A DNA stretch of 64,000 bases from an uncultured Candidatus Berkelbacteria bacterium (GCA_963698075.1 OY969116.1:542131-606130); one strand, 5' to 3'; positions 28,247-38,928 are shown, counted from the first letter of the stretch. Program-made: numbers and translations. Notes: generated by a model not told the origin, from the sequence alone.

Positions 28247-28624
28247 CTAGGTAATTCTTCCAGAAAGTGCCCTGGCATGATGGCGAATAACGGTGATTGT
28301 CTCGGGATCCAACAGCTCCTGCGCATCGCGAGCGAAAACACTCCCCAATGCCGATCCAGAAATAGTCATCATCCCATCAGAAAAAGTGATATCCGGACAA
28401 TCATTCAAGCAGGCATGGATTTCCGGCGAAAAACCAGAGCCTCTGAATCTGGCGATCCCTTGCAGTTCGCGACACTCATGCATCAACCCTTTGATTGCTT
28501 GATGGAAAACCATTCTGTCCCCGGGCAATCGTTTTCGGGCTGGCAATGCCGCCATCAAGCCCTGTAAGACGACCGGTAGTCTCGGATCAATCTGGATCTT
28601 CTGCTCGTCTTTCTTCCCCATCAC
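28247..28624 (-). CDS. Hypothetical protein (GC-rich island)
   Basis: A 125-aa ORF at the 3' end of the isomerase-like gene, on the same strand. Confidence 0.4.
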   Translation of the reverse strand: MMGKKDEQKIQIDPRLPVVLQGLMAALPARKRLPGDRMVFHQAIKGLMHECRELQGIARFRGSGFSPEIHACLNDCPDITFSDGMMTISGSALGSVFARDAQELLDPETITVIRHHARALSGRIT

Positions 28625-28756
28625 TCGCCCTCCTGGAGAAATGTCTATTACTAATTTACTTTTCTAACCCTTTTCTGTCAAGACAAGAAACACCCCGGCG
28701 GTAAACTACCCGCCGGGGCGCACATTGTGTTCGATCTTCTGAATATCCCTTCTTCG

Positions 28757-30364
28757 TCAGGCCTGGACCAGCCTCGCGAGCCCTGTGCCGCGACGGCGCT
28801 TGGCGATCTCGTCCGCCCCTGGCAGGAAGATATCGGCCTCGCCGAGCCCCAGGAAACGAGAGACCGTGTCCACCAGGTGGGCCTTCTCGCCCGCGGCAAC
28901 AGCGAAGTGATGGACAGTGGTCTTCCACTTCCCGTCGACGCCCAGGACGAGTGCCTCTTCGAGCTCATCGAAGGTGGCATCGTCCACGCCCACGTAGAAG
29001 TGGGTGCCCAGTGTCATGGGGCCGTTGACTACTAGCGCCTCAAAGGCAGCGAGCGAGAAGCTGACGCCGGCCGCGCTGTTCCGGTTGCAGAGCCGGGCCA
29101 GCGTCATTGGCGTCCCCTTCTCGAAGTTCCCTACACCATCGAGGAAGGCGTAGGCCGGCCGCGAGGTCGGGATGATCCAGCCCTGCCTGGCGACGCAGCG
29201 GGTGCAGTTGACCGAGGGGAACGGCCCGCAGTGCCAGACCAAGATCCCGATGATCTTTCCGTCATCGAGGATCACCGTGATGGTGATGTCCGCGAACATC
29301 GGCGGTTTGCCACAAGGGTCGAGGGCCTGAAGCATCATCATCGAGAGCAGGCCACCCCTGTCGGTCTCGCAAGCGACCGGCACGCCGTGGCGGAGCAGCT
29401 CACCGCCAACCATGCAGAGCATGAGCTGGTAGTTCTCCATGCACGCCGGCCAGCAGTTGTGGGTCAGCCCGTCGAGGTCGTACCTCAGGCAGAGTTCGAG
29501 CTCCGCGATGATCGCCGCGGCGATCCGTCTGGCCGCCTCAGGCGGGATCTGGCTGAGATCGATGCCGCGCACCTGCATCGCCTGACACTCTGCCTCGAGC
29601 ATCGGCTGGTCGGGGTCCTGAAGCAGGCTGACCACGCGTCCGAACAGCTCGACCTGATCGATGGGGACCACCTCGACACCGAACCGCGTCCCCAGGACCG
29701 CCGGGCTGCATTCGATCGCTTCGAAGGTGGGCTGGTCGCCGCCGATCTGGCCGATGCGCACGCCCCGCGACATGTTCCGTACTGCCCTAGCTGCGGCGAC
29801 GAAGTCGCGGAACTTGGCAATCTCCTTCTGGCTGCCGGGCTGGCTCTGGCCAACGTAGTCATAGTGGTAGACCCCGTAGTCGGCCACGAGCTTCGAGGCG
29901 GGCTGGAATCCACACCAGGCATCGGTCTCGCGCGTGCCGTCGGTGTTCGGGTAGCCATCGTAGGGCGCGAAGAGCAACACCGGTAGGCCGAGCTCCTGGG
30001 CGAGCACGGCGATTTCGTGCTCGCAGCCGTAGTTGCCGAAGCCCACCTCGAGCGCATCGGCACCCTTGAGCTTGAGGTCCGCCGCCAGGCGCAGCACATC
30101 TGTTCCCGGAGAGATCACACCGCCATCGATGACAGTGATGTCCTGGCGGCAACCAAGCTCTGCGAGCCTGGCTGCGTGTCGCTGGCCCGGTGCCTTCTGG
30201 CTGAAGACCTGCCGCGAAGCGGTCACCCGCACCAACCCGAGAGGCCACTGGGTACGCCGACATTCCTTCCACTGTCTTACCAGTTCTTCTGAACGGGTTT
30301 GCGTCGCCACGACTTTCACCTCCTCGGTTACCTCCAGGCTCACGCCTGTGAGGGGGACTGCCAA
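28757..30364 (-). CDS. L-fucose/L-arabinose isomerase family protein (COG2407-like)
   Basis: A 535-aa protein of about 62% GC with many spurious overlapping ORFs. The assignment rests on overall resemblance to FucI/AraA-like sugar isomerases and is uncertain. Confidence 0.4.
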   Translation of the reverse strand: MAVPLTGVSLEVTEEVKVVATQTRSEELVRQWKECRRTQWPLGLVRVTASRQVFSQKAPGQRHAARLAELGCRQDITVIDGGVISPGTDVLRLAADLKLKGADALEVGFGNYGCEHEIAVLAQELGLPVLLFAPYDGYPNTDGTRETDAWCGFQPASKLVADYGVYHYDYVGQSQPGSQKEIAKFRDFVAAARAVRNMSRGVRIGQIGGDQPTFEAIECSPAVLGTRFGVEVVPIDQVELFGRVVSLLQDPDQPMLEAECQAMQVRGIDLSQIPPEAARRIAAAIIAELELCLRYDLDGLTHNCWPACMENYQLMLCMVGGELLRHGVPVACETDRGGLLSMMMLQALDPCGKPPMFADITITVILDDGKIIGILVWHCGPFPSVNCTRCVARQGWIIPTSRPAYAFLDGVGNFEKGTPMTLARLCNRNSAAGVSFSLAAFEALVVNGPMTLGTHFYVGVDDATFDELEEALVLGVDGKWKTTVHHFAVAAGEKAHLVDTVSRFLGLGEADIFLPGADEIAKRRRGTGLARLVQA

Positions 30365-30558
30365 AACAGCTTGTTTCTTACTCTGCCACCTCCTCTCGCC
30401 CTTTGGGGAAACTTGGATTGTTCTTTTTCAACCCGCCCAAGGCGGATAATATCAAATCTTACCAAAAAGTTATATTAACTGTCAATATACAAAAAGCCCC
30501 GGTTGGCCTGCTGCACAAATCCGGAGCCTTCTGCTATCTATCTACTATAGAATTTAAA

Positions 30559-32280
30559 TTAAACCTCGATGATGACCGGTATCACCATTGGCCGTCTTTC
30601 TGTTTCCGCAAATAAGAATTCGCCCATCTCCTGACGCAGCGCTTTTTTAATAAAGTCCCAATTGGCCGGGTATTTTTCATTGTGTCGAGCAAACATTTTT
30701 TTAACTTCCTGACGGGCTTTGTAAACCAAATCTTCGCGTTGGCGCATATAAATAAAACCGCGAGAAATTATATCCGGGGAGGTGACAATTTTGCCGGTTT
30801 CGTGATCAACGGTTAAGATAACCACGAAAATGCCGTCTTTGGCCATTGCCTGACGGTCGCGCAAAACAATATTGCCGACATCGCCAACGCCTAAACCGTC
30901 CACCAAAACATAGGAGGCATCGGCTTTTTCTTGAGATAGCCGCGCCTTGCCTTGATAAATTTCAAAAATCTGACCATCTTCCATAACAAAAGTTTTTTCT
31001 TCCGAAATCCCCAATTCCTGCGCCAATCGGCCATGTAAAACAAGATGGCGAAATTCGCCGTGAATCGGCATAAAATTTTCTGGCTTAACTGATTCAATGA
31101 CTAATTTTAGTTCGTCCCGCTTAGCATGGCCTGAAGAATGGACTCTCTGCGTCTCGGCACCGTAATAAACATAGGCTCCAAGCCGAAAAAGATTGTTTAA
31201 ATTATCTTGAACTGTTCTTTCGTTGCCAGGAATCGCCGAAGCAGAAATAACCACCGTATCGCCTTTTTTAATGTGGACCTGCTTATGTTCGCCGCTGGCC
31301 ATCCTCGTTAAGGCCGAATATTCCTCGCCTTGTGAGCCGGTACAAAGCAGGACTAATTGACTATCAGGAATATTAGCAATCCGGCGGTTATCAACAATGA
31401 TGTTCTGAGGTACTTTCAAATATCCCAAATTCATGGCAATGTTAATTGCCTTATCCATCGAGCGGCCAAAAACTGCCACTTTCCGATTAGAACGCAAAGC
31501 CGCGTTAAGAACTCCTTGGATACGATCTAAGCTTGAAGCAAACGAGGTCACAATGATTCGTCCTTTGACCTTCCTAAAAATCGAGGTAATCGTGTCGTGG
31601 ACAACACTTTCGGAAATGTGACTAGTTTTATATTCAACATTAGTTGATTCCAAAAGGAGTAATTTAACATTTTGGCTCCCCATCTCCTTAAGTCTAACAA
31701 TTACTTTTTGCGATTCTTCTTTGTTGGGATCAAGTCTAAAGTCGGAAATATGGACGACTTTACCTTCAGGGGTGTCAATAATTAAACCAACATCATCCAA
31801 AAAAGTGTGGGAAAAAGGCATAAATTCAATTTTAAAAACGCCCAATTGTAAATGGTCGCCAGCTTTAACCACCCGGATTTTCGGATTTTGTTCAAACTCT
31901 TTCATTTTGGCTTCAATATAGCCGGCGGTCAGTTTGGTCGCATAAATCGGCGCTGGGATTTTCGGCCAAATATAAGGTATCCCGCCAATATGGTCTTCAT
32001 GGCCGTGGGTAAAAATAATTCCCCGGATTTTGTCTTTCCGCTCTTCTAAATAGGCGATATTGGGAATAATATAATCAATTCCCAGCATCTCGCCGCGAGG
32101 AAACATGATTCCGCAGTCGACAATAATAATATCGTCGCCGTATTCGTAAATGGTCATGTTTTTGCCAATTTCGCCGTTGCCGCCGAGCGGAATAACCCGC
32201 AGTCGAGGGGTAAAGGCGCGGAAAATTTTTACAGGTTTGGTTTGGCTGCCTTGTTGAGGCAAAGTAGCAATGTTGTTCAT
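30559..32280 (-). CDS. rnj: Ribonuclease J (MBL/beta-CASP)
   Basis: It has HGHEDHIGG and beta-CASP motifs and an RNase J-specific C-terminal domain, in 573 aa. Confidence 0.85.
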   Translation of the reverse strand: MNNIATLPQQGSQTKPVKIFRAFTPRLRVIPLGGNGEIGKNMTIYEYGDDIIIVDCGIMFPRGEMLGIDYIIPNIAYLEERKDKIRGIIFTHGHEDHIGGIPYIWPKIPAPIYATKLTAGYIEAKMKEFEQNPKIRVVKAGDHLQLGVFKIEFMPFSHTFLDDVGLIIDTPEGKVVHISDFRLDPNKEESQKVIVRLKEMGSQNVKLLLLESTNVEYKTSHISESVVHDTITSIFRKVKGRIIVTSFASSLDRIQGVLNAALRSNRKVAVFGRSMDKAINIAMNLGYLKVPQNIIVDNRRIANIPDSQLVLLCTGSQGEEYSALTRMASGEHKQVHIKKGDTVVISASAIPGNERTVQDNLNNLFRLGAYVYYGAETQRVHSSGHAKRDELKLVIESVKPENFMPIHGEFRHLVLHGRLAQELGISEEKTFVMEDGQIFEIYQGKARLSQEKADASYVLVDGLGVGDVGNIVLRDRQAMAKDGIFVVILTVDHETGKIVTSPDIISRGFIYMRQREDLVYKARQEVKKMFARHNEKYPANWDFIKKALRQEMGEFLFAETERRPMVIPVIIEV

Positions 32281-32840
32281 AGTTCTCCAATCTGTTTAAG
32301 AATTTCTGGTATTTTTTTAAAATCTTCTTTAATGGTGGTTTTTAAATTCGCTTGGTATAAGGCCGCGGCCGGGTGAAACATCAGCATATAGACCTGACCG
32401 GCTTTTTTGTAGGCCTTGCCGTGGACCTGAGAAATTGTACGGATTTGGGGAAAAAACTGATGCATTGAATGCCGACCCAAAGTGATGATCAGTTTCGGCT
32501 TAATCAGCCGGATTTGATCATATAAATAGGCGGTCGTACAAATCCGCACCTCTTCATCCAAGGGATCGCGATTATTTAAGGGTCGACATTTAACGATGTT
32601 GGTGATAAAAACATCTTCGCGTTTGATTTTGATCGAACCAAGTAATTCATCTAAGAATTGGCCGGCCTCCCCAACAAAAGGGCGACCGGTTTCATCTTCG
32701 CTCTCGCCTGGACCCTCGCCGATAATCAGGATTTCTGCTTTAAGATTGCCTTCGCCCGGAACCGCCTTTTTGCGGCTGCGGTGCAAAGGACACTGAGTGC
32801 ATGAACGGATATCGCGAGCAATTGATTCAAGAGTAGGCAT
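32277..32840 (-). CDS. Uracil-DNA glycosylase, family 4
   Basis: CTQCPLH...GEGPG...F...HPAAALY motifs. It overlaps the rnj start by 4 nt. Confidence 0.8.
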   Translation of the reverse strand: MPTLESIARDIRSCTQCPLHRSRKKAVPGEGNLKAEILIIGEGPGESEDETGRPFVGEAGQFLDELLGSIKIKREDVFITNIVKCRPLNNRDPLDEEVRICTTAYLYDQIRLIKPKLIITLGRHSMHQFFPQIRTISQVHGKAYKKAGQVYMLMFHPAAALYQANLKTTIKEDFKKIPEILKQIGEL

Positions 32841-33022
32841 ATAAATTATTTTCTAGAACGGAATAAATTCCTTCTTAAAAGAGAGCTTCTTTTATCGTTA
32901 ATTCTATTATAGCATATCTTGAGAAAAATGTCAAATATCAAAGCCCAAAACTACAACTTAAATGAAAAAGGAAATAATCTTTTTTGCTTTTAGTTAAAGC
33001 TTTAACTTTTGAGTTTTTAGTT

Positions 33023-33796
33023 TTAAACTTGGAGCTCGAGTAAATCTCGAGCGACAATTACTTCTCCTTTAAAAAATCTTGCCGCATCTTTTTTCGGATC
33101 GTATTTTTGTATATATAACGGCGCCATGTGGGTTATCACCAGCTTTTTGACCCCATTTTCAGCGGCGAATTTCCCTGCCCGTGAACCGGTAAAATGAGAT
33201 TTTGGCTGAACTTCATCGGGCCAAGCGGCTTCAACCATTGCCAAATCGGCATTTTGAAGACATTTTTTGAGACCTTCGGATTCGACCGAGTCGCCAGAAT
33301 AAGCAAAAACTTTACCTTCAGATTCGAGACGATAACAGATGGGTTTCATGCCGTCATTATGGATAGTCGGATAGGAATAAATTGTCCAGCCCTTGTCTTC
33401 AATTTTATCCTCGGATATCTCTTTGACCTCAATGTTATCAAGCGACCTTTCTCCATATCGGATGATGCGGACGATCGCCTTGAGATTTTCTAATGTTCCT
33501 TCTGGTCCATAAATTTTTAAGGGCTTAATCCTCACTGGCCATAAACCATGGTCAGCCGGTGGCGCGGTCGTGATATGTAAAAGAGTCACTAAATCATTAA
33601 CATGGTCCCCATGCCAATGGGTAATGAATAACGCGTCCAATTGATTAACATGAACGCCAATTTTTAAAAGCTGTTCAATTGCCCCTCGGCCAAAATCAAA
33701 ACAAAGATTTTGGCCGGCGGTTTGAACAAGATACGCCGCCGACCGCCTCTCCAATTCCGGTTGATAGGTGCCAGATCCGAGTATAGTTAATTTCAT
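33023..33796 (-). CDS. MBL-fold metallo-hydrolase (RNase Z/BN-like)
   Basis: It has HWHGDH and downstream His/Asp ligands. Confidence 0.6.
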   Translation of the reverse strand: MKLTILGSGTYQPELERRSAAYLVQTAGQNLCFDFGRGAIEQLLKIGVHVNQLDALFITHWHGDHVNDLVTLLHITTAPPADHGLWPVRIKPLKIYGPEGTLENLKAIVRIIRYGERSLDNIEVKEISEDKIEDKGWTIYSYPTIHNDGMKPICYRLESEGKVFAYSGDSVESEGLKKCLQNADLAMVEAAWPDEVQPKSHFTGSRAGKFAAENGVKKLVITHMAPLYIQKYDPKKDAARFFKGEVIVARDLLELQV

Positions 33797-33892
33797 AATC
33801 TAATTGTAATTTATTTTAGGATAGAAAAAAAGACCGTTCTCGGTCAGCGAGCCCAAAGGGGGCAGGCTCAAACGCGCTCGGCGTCTGGGCAG

Positions 33893-35344
33893 TTAGTTCG
33901 TTGGTTCCTCTTCGGAATCGTTGTCCTCGAAAACTCTCTCGAGGAGCTCAGTAGTCGGGTTGGCGATCTGTTTGACCGCCTCTTCCAGGTCGAGTTGGAT
34001 CCGGGCTTTGATGTACTTAGGCAACCGGTTCCACTCTTCCGCGGAGATTGTCGGCGAGATGTACGGGCGGACAACGGTGTAGCCCTCGGGGATGAAGCGT
34101 AAGACCTGGATACCGTACTGGGCTTCAAACTCCTGGACCGCTTGCCGCTGTTCGTCGCTCATGTTAGCGCGCCGCCGATGCATTCGTACATACCGGGGCG
34201 TGTAGGGTTCGCGGGACTCGAGAACCTTGCTCCGAACCGGCAGCTCGCGGTTGTAAACTACCCGTGGGATGTACGTCCAGCCAGTACAGATCTGTGGCTT
34301 CTCAGGCTTGGGCTTCTTCTTACCCTTCCCGCCTTCCTTCTGCGGCCGGCGGACGGTGATCTGCTTGGCGGTGACCAGATCGTGGTAGACCTGAACACAC
34401 AACCAGAGCAGATAGGTGTTGAACTTCTCTGGAACCGCATCTGGGGGAAGATACTCGGGTCTGTCGCGCAGTATGAACACAACATCGTTGATACTGAAGA
34501 ACGAAGACCCGTGTTCATGCTCCAGCTTGGCCATCAATCCCAAGGATGTTTCGTCGCGGGGAGACTGGTACACCTTGAGAATCATGGACCTGACCGGAGA
34601 CCTGGGATCATGGAAAACCACGATTGACCCTTCTGGGTTGGGTACGTAGCGGAAATTCGCCCAGGCATCCTCGAGAAGAGTCAAGATTGGACGCATGCTG
34701 GGAAACTGAGGCAGCCTATCCGCGAGGTCTCCAGAGCCCCTCAGCGTGTCTTCTGGATCGGGGATAAAGGCAGCATCATCAGGGCCGATGTCATTCATCT
34801 GAGCCGCCACGGGGAAGTGGAACCTCACAAAGTCGGTCTCGATTTGGAGCGGTTTCCTTAGTTGCCGCCAGATTGGCTCCCCCTTGGTCCCTATTAGCAC
34901 CGTGTCTTCGGAACCGGCCGCAAAATGCAGGAACCGCACTGAATAGTAGAGGAACACGTGAAGTGCTCCGTAGGGATTATCCTTGTCTAGCATCCTGTTC
35001 AGATCGGGCAGAAGTCCCAGAGCGGTCATCTCCTCCAGAATCCCGTATTGGAACGGGATGATCCGGTACTGGCCGCTGTTGACGATCCTGTCCAACATGT
35101 TCAGCAAGTATCTGACATAGTACTGGTTCATCTTATCCCTGGCATCGGCTAGTTTGAGCCCCGAAGTGCGCTCGAACTCAGCTTTACAGTGACGGAATAG
35201 TCCTACCAGCAGCCTGTTCGCTGAGCTATGCTCTGGTGGTAGTGCGAAAGGGAAGCCCTCGAACTCTAGTCCAGCCATCCCTTTCGAAAACAGAGTGTAG
35301 ACATCGGGCAAAGTACTTATGAGTAGGTCGATGTCTTGCCACAT
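33893..35344 (-). CDS. Orphan 483-aa protein with no recognisable domain (GC-rich island)
   Basis: A long intact ORF of about 56% GC with a basic patch RRPQKEGGKGKKKPKPEKP. The antisense ORFs are much shorter. Confidence 0.5.
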   Translation of the reverse strand: MWQDIDLLISTLPDVYTLFSKGMAGLEFEGFPFALPPEHSSANRLLVGLFRHCKAEFERTSGLKLADARDKMNQYYVRYLLNMLDRIVNSGQYRIIPFQYGILEEMTALGLLPDLNRMLDKDNPYGALHVFLYYSVRFLHFAAGSEDTVLIGTKGEPIWRQLRKPLQIETDFVRFHFPVAAQMNDIGPDDAAFIPDPEDTLRGSGDLADRLPQFPSMRPILTLLEDAWANFRYVPNPEGSIVVFHDPRSPVRSMILKVYQSPRDETSLGLMAKLEHEHGSSFFSINDVVFILRDRPEYLPPDAVPEKFNTYLLWLCVQVYHDLVTAKQITVRRPQKEGGKGKKKPKPEKPQICTGWTYIPRVVYNRELPVRSKVLESREPYTPRYVRMHRRRANMSDEQRQAVQEFEAQYGIQVLRFIPEGYTVVRPYISPTISAEEWNRLPKYIKARIQLDLEEAVKQIANPTTELLERVFEDNDSEEEPTN

Positions 35345-35541
35345 TTTCTGCTTCGCTCTCCTTTCCCCTGGATGTGTTTTATTCAGTTGTCGAGGTACTA
35401 AACCAAATGATCATACCATGATAAACGCTTTTTGTCAATCCCCAAAAGAGCCCTTGGCGAGTTTACATCGAGTAAACGAGATGCCTCGGGCTCTTTTTCG
35501 TATCTAGAATTTATAATATTCCCAGATTAGACCTACGAGGT

Positions 35542-36408
35542 CTACTCTTTCACTAATCCTAAGTACTCTTTTGCAATCGCAATATTAACCGGCCTCTGTT
35601 TGACCCCGCCAATTAATTTAGGGTTTAAACCACGGCTTTGCAGGGCCTGTTCAATCTGAGGTGATTGACTTTCAATTTCTTCATCAGTTTCGGCATCAAT
35701 CCTGACATCCGTTTTGGCCAAATTGTCGCATAAAAACAAGATGCCAATTTCTGTTTGAAATTCGGGAAAACCTGAAGCAATTTCTTGACAGGCCTGGCGG
35801 CACCCCTCACTTTGGGCGAAAGCAATAGTAAAACCTAATTCTGATTTCTTAGCGGCATCGCGCATTTTCCCGAGTTCGTAATGAAGCCCGGCACAACGGG
35901 CAATATAATCTACTTGACCATCAGTTAAACCATATGTCTGCTGTAATAAACCTCTAATTTCAGGATTTTCTCTGATAATACTTTCTGACTTGGCTTCATG
36001 GCCTTTGTAATCAGGTTCGAGCTTGCCATCTTTATCCTTAAAACCGCGGGCAAATTTCCCTAGATCATGTAAAGGGATGCTGGTTCGTAAAAGTTCCTCC
36101 TTAGTTTTGCCATCAATTTGACCAGATAATTTTGAGGCAACGGTCTCGGACAGGCCCCATTTTTGAAAGTATTCCTGCGCTTCAGTCCGATAAAACTCAG
36201 CAAACTTTCTCGTGTGAGTGATGATTCCGAACTGATGCCAAACGGCATCGTGTTCGACTGGATCGTCAGGGTTTTCCTTAAAATGAGCATTTTCTGGACG
36301 CTCCTCTATTAAACCAACGGCTAAACGAGGCAGCTCGTCCAACAGCCGTAAATCAATATCGGTCAAAGTTTCCCCAGGAGGGGTTGGTTCAGTCCCAAAT
36401 TTAGGCAT
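35542..36408 (-). CDS. HD-domain phosphohydrolase-like protein
   Basis: H...HD spacing (HQFGIITHTRKF ... IPLHDLGKF). Confidence 0.5.
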   Translation of the reverse strand: MPKFGTEPTPPGETLTDIDLRLLDELPRLAVGLIEERPENAHFKENPDDPVEHDAVWHQFGIITHTRKFAEFYRTEAQEYFQKWGLSETVASKLSGQIDGKTKEELLRTSIPLHDLGKFARGFKDKDGKLEPDYKGHEAKSESIIRENPEIRGLLQQTYGLTDGQVDYIARCAGLHYELGKMRDAAKKSELGFTIAFAQSEGCRQACQEIASGFPEFQTEIGILFLCDNLAKTDVRIDAETDEEIESQSPQIEQALQSRGLNPKLIGGVKQRPVNIAIAKEYLGLVKE

Positions 36409-36432
36409 TTTTTCTCCTTACTAAATTATTTA

Positions 36433-37221
36433 TTATTTCGAATGCTCCCACATAAACTCAAAGAAAATCCGCATCATCTCTGTGAGAGGTTTATTCTTAA
36501 TTATAACCGTAAAATTATTCTCAAATTCAACAAATAATATCTTATTATCTAAGATATTTGTTCCGCCTGGGTAGGCATATTTTTTTGGTAAATATCTTAT
36601 CTTATAATATTTTTCCTGAATCGCTTTCATTGGCCCAGGCAATTTTTTAACCCAAAGCAGCATTTTTGTTTCCAGGCCTGTTTTTTGTCTTTTTAGGGCA
36701 TATTTGGGAAAATCCGGCCAAGCATCCAATAAAGGCTGGGTGGCTCCATGAACTAAGAGTGGGATTTTTGCTTTAGCCATTCTTCGACAATCCGGCATAA
36801 TTGATTCGTAGGCGGCTTTAATCCCTTCTTTACCCTCAAAATATTCAACTTCGGGTCGAAATAAAGATTCTTTTTGCAGTTTTTTTAATTCTGGTAGTAT
36901 TTTTTCGATTTCTTGAGAAATGAGATCTAAATTATATTTTTTACCTTCGATATAGGATTTTAATAATTCCGGGTTTTCAACATTAAATTTCAAAATCCCA
37001 CCGGCTTTTTCCGTTTTTGAGGCAAGACCTTTATAAACTAAGTCTTCTAAAATGCCATAACAAGTGCTTCTGACAATACCGGCCTTTTGGGCAATCGTGG
37101 AAGCGGATGCCGAGCGCAATTCTAAAGCCGCCAAATATACTTTAGTCTCTTTATCATCAAAGCCCGCTTTTTTTAATAACTCTTCGTACTCCATACGACT
37201 AATCCTTTCTACACGAATCAT
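36433..37221 (-). CDS. TrmB-like wHTH transcriptional regulator (paralog 2)
   Basis: ETKVYLAALELRSASASTIAQKAGIVRSTCYGILEDLVYKGL. Confidence 0.6.
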   Translation of the reverse strand: MIRVERISRMEYEELLKKAGFDDKETKVYLAALELRSASASTIAQKAGIVRSTCYGILEDLVYKGLASKTEKAGGILKFNVENPELLKSYIEGKKYNLDLISQEIEKILPELKKLQKESLFRPEVEYFEGKEGIKAAYESIMPDCRRMAKAKIPLLVHGATQPLLDAWPDFPKYALKRQKTGLETKMLLWVKKLPGPMKAIQEKYYKIRYLPKKYAYPGGTNILDNKILFVEFENNFTVIIKNKPLTEMMRIFFEFMWEHSK

Positions 37222-37223
37222 AA

Positions 37224-37595
37224 CTAATTTAAAATTCTACGATATTTAACGCCTTCTTTTTTGAATAAAAATAAAATACCTAAATGAAGATTCTTGGCTT
37301 GTAGATAAGATATTATTTGGTTGATATCCTTTTGATAGAAATCGTTAGCCACTTTTAATTCGACCACAATCTTATTATCAATCAAGAAATCTAGATAATA
37401 TCTCCCGATCTTTTTCCCGTTAAATAAAATTGGACAATATAGCTCTCGTCTGAAAGGAATCTGGTTCTCCAATAACTCCTGGGCAAAAGCTTGTTGATAC
37501 ATTCTTTCATTATGACCATATTGCAATTGATTGAAGACATTAAATAACGCCCCCACAATTTTATAACTTAACTCTTTGTAAATAAGTTCTGCCAT
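37224..37595 (-). CDS. GxxExxY family protein (PD-(D/E)XK-like)
   Basis: The N-terminal region (IYKELSYKIVGALFNVFNQL) resembles the GxxExxY family. Confidence 0.55.
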   Translation of the reverse strand: MAELIYKELSYKIVGALFNVFNQLQYGHNERMYQQAFAQELLENQIPFRRELYCPILFNGKKIGRYYLDFLIDNKIVVELKVANDFYQKDINQIISYLQAKNLHLGILFLFKKEGVKYRRILN

Positions 37596-37724
37596 ATTTG
37601 CGTCTATTATTCGTGTCTATTCGTGAAAAAAAGATTCGTCGTTAGTTCTGCTCTTATTTTAACATTTTTGTCGGTTTTTGTCAACAATTGCTTATTTAAA
37701 TCATAATATCTTTGTCCCAAAGAC

Positions 37725-37753
37725 TTGACATTTTGTTTATAATGTGCTATAAT
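37725..37753 (+). promoter_or_regulatory. Consensus sigma70 promoter (TTGACA-17-TATAAT) followed by a ~100-nt leader
   Basis: ttgaca ttttgtttataatgtgc tataat. Confidence 0.6.
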
Positions 37754-37855
37754 GGTTAGTCACGATAGGAAAGGGTTTAACCCGAACCTGTCGGACTTGT
37801 CCCTCGAAGCCGTAAGGCGGAGTGGGATGAACCTGAAAATATAAGGAGAACCAAG

Positions 37856-38392
37856 ATGCGGAACCTAATGTTCGCCGCTACCCTGGTATGCCTGGCGGTT
37901 TCGCCCTGTCTGGCCAGCGAGAACCTGGACCTGTATGAAGGAGGAACGGTTGTCGCCACGCTCTGCGGCTTCGAGGATCTCGGTAACGGGTTCTCAACCA
38001 ACGGGTTTGTCGACATCAAGAAAGACGGCTGGTTCTCCAAGGTTCGCGTAGCGAAGATGGAGAATCAGGCCGGAGTGGCCGTCGAGCTCCGAAGCGCTTC
38101 TGGCGGCTACCGCGAGGTAGTCGGCGGACCGCAGCTCGAGCTCAAGGACAGTGCCGGCTTCGTCCGGACTAACTGCTGGAGCGATGGGACCCTCTCAATC
38201 TGGCAGCAACACACCCTCTCCCAGGACTTCTGGACCAATGGCTGGCTCGATGTCAAAAGAGGCCAGACTATGGCCGAGCTCCAAGTCGGCCACAAAGTCG
38301 CGCCAAGGGCGGACCTGATCGCCGAGTACCGGTTCGGCTCCAAGAGGGCCGAAACCGAGCTGGCAGTCGGAGTCCAATTCGGACTTCGGTAG
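37856..38392 (+). CDS. Secreted protein with signal peptide (GC-rich)
   Basis: MRNLMFAATLVCLAVSPCLASE is a signal peptide. The gene is about 58% GC. Confidence 0.5.
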   Translation: MRNLMFAATLVCLAVSPCLASENLDLYEGGTVVATLCGFEDLGNGFSTNGFVDIKKDGWFSKVRVAKMENQAGVAVELRSASGGYREVVGGPQLELKDSAGFVRTNCWSDGTLSIWQQHTLSQDFWTNGWLDVKRGQTMAELQVGHKVAPRADLIAEYRFGSKRAETELAVGVQFGLR

Positions 38393-38398
38393 TATCCA

Positions 38399-38426
38399 CC
38401 CCCGCCTTCCCAACGGAAGGCGGGGG
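38399..38426 (+). terminator. Strong GC stem-loop (possible terminator)
   Basis: cccccgccttcc-caac-ggaaggcggggg. Confidence 0.45.
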
Positions 38427-38504
38427 CAACTCCGAACTCTCAAGTTCCTTGAGGGCTGGGAAGTTGAAAATACACCGCCAGGATATCTGGCATAAGGAGA
38501 AAGA

Positions 38505-38928
38505 GATGATAAAGGCCATCAAAACCTGGATGGAACGATTGTTGTTCGTCTGTGGCCTTAGGACAAAGCCAGCCCGCTGCAACAAGTGCAGCAAGGTCTA
38601 TGAGACCTTCCCATGCCCAGAATGCGGCGTTGACCTGGTGAAGAAAGGCACCTTCAGTATCATCTGGCGACCAACGGATTGTGGCTATGTCTGGCAGTTA
38701 TTGGACCAGCAACGCCGATCGGTTTGTAGAAGATGTAAGCACCAGTTGGTCGAGGAATGCATCTGTTCGTGCCGGGAAGGAAGGATTGAGTTTCCCAGGG
38801 AAATCCCTCGGCAAAACAGAATCTTCATGGATGGGTTCTCAAAGATCTGCAGAGAATGCGGCTATGTGATCGGCAAAGGAGAGAAATGCCGTAACTGCGG
38901 GGCTTGGTCCGAAGAAGAAACCGACTGA
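38505..38928 (+). CDS. Cys-rich zinc-ribbon protein (six CxxC pairs). Start taken at MIKAIK; the ORF-track start at 38449 is an upstream extension.
   Basis: CNKC, CPEC, CRRC, CICSC, CREC and CRNC motifs. An RBS aaggagaaagag precedes the ATG at 38505. Confidence 0.5.

Noticed and set aside
28650-30450. Numerous overlapping ORFs on both strands (for example 29231-29986, 29485-30099, 29859-30272, 30033-30449)
   Set aside because: They are artefacts of about 62% GC, which makes stop codons rare in all frames. Only the 535-aa minus-strand ORF has protein-like composition and length.
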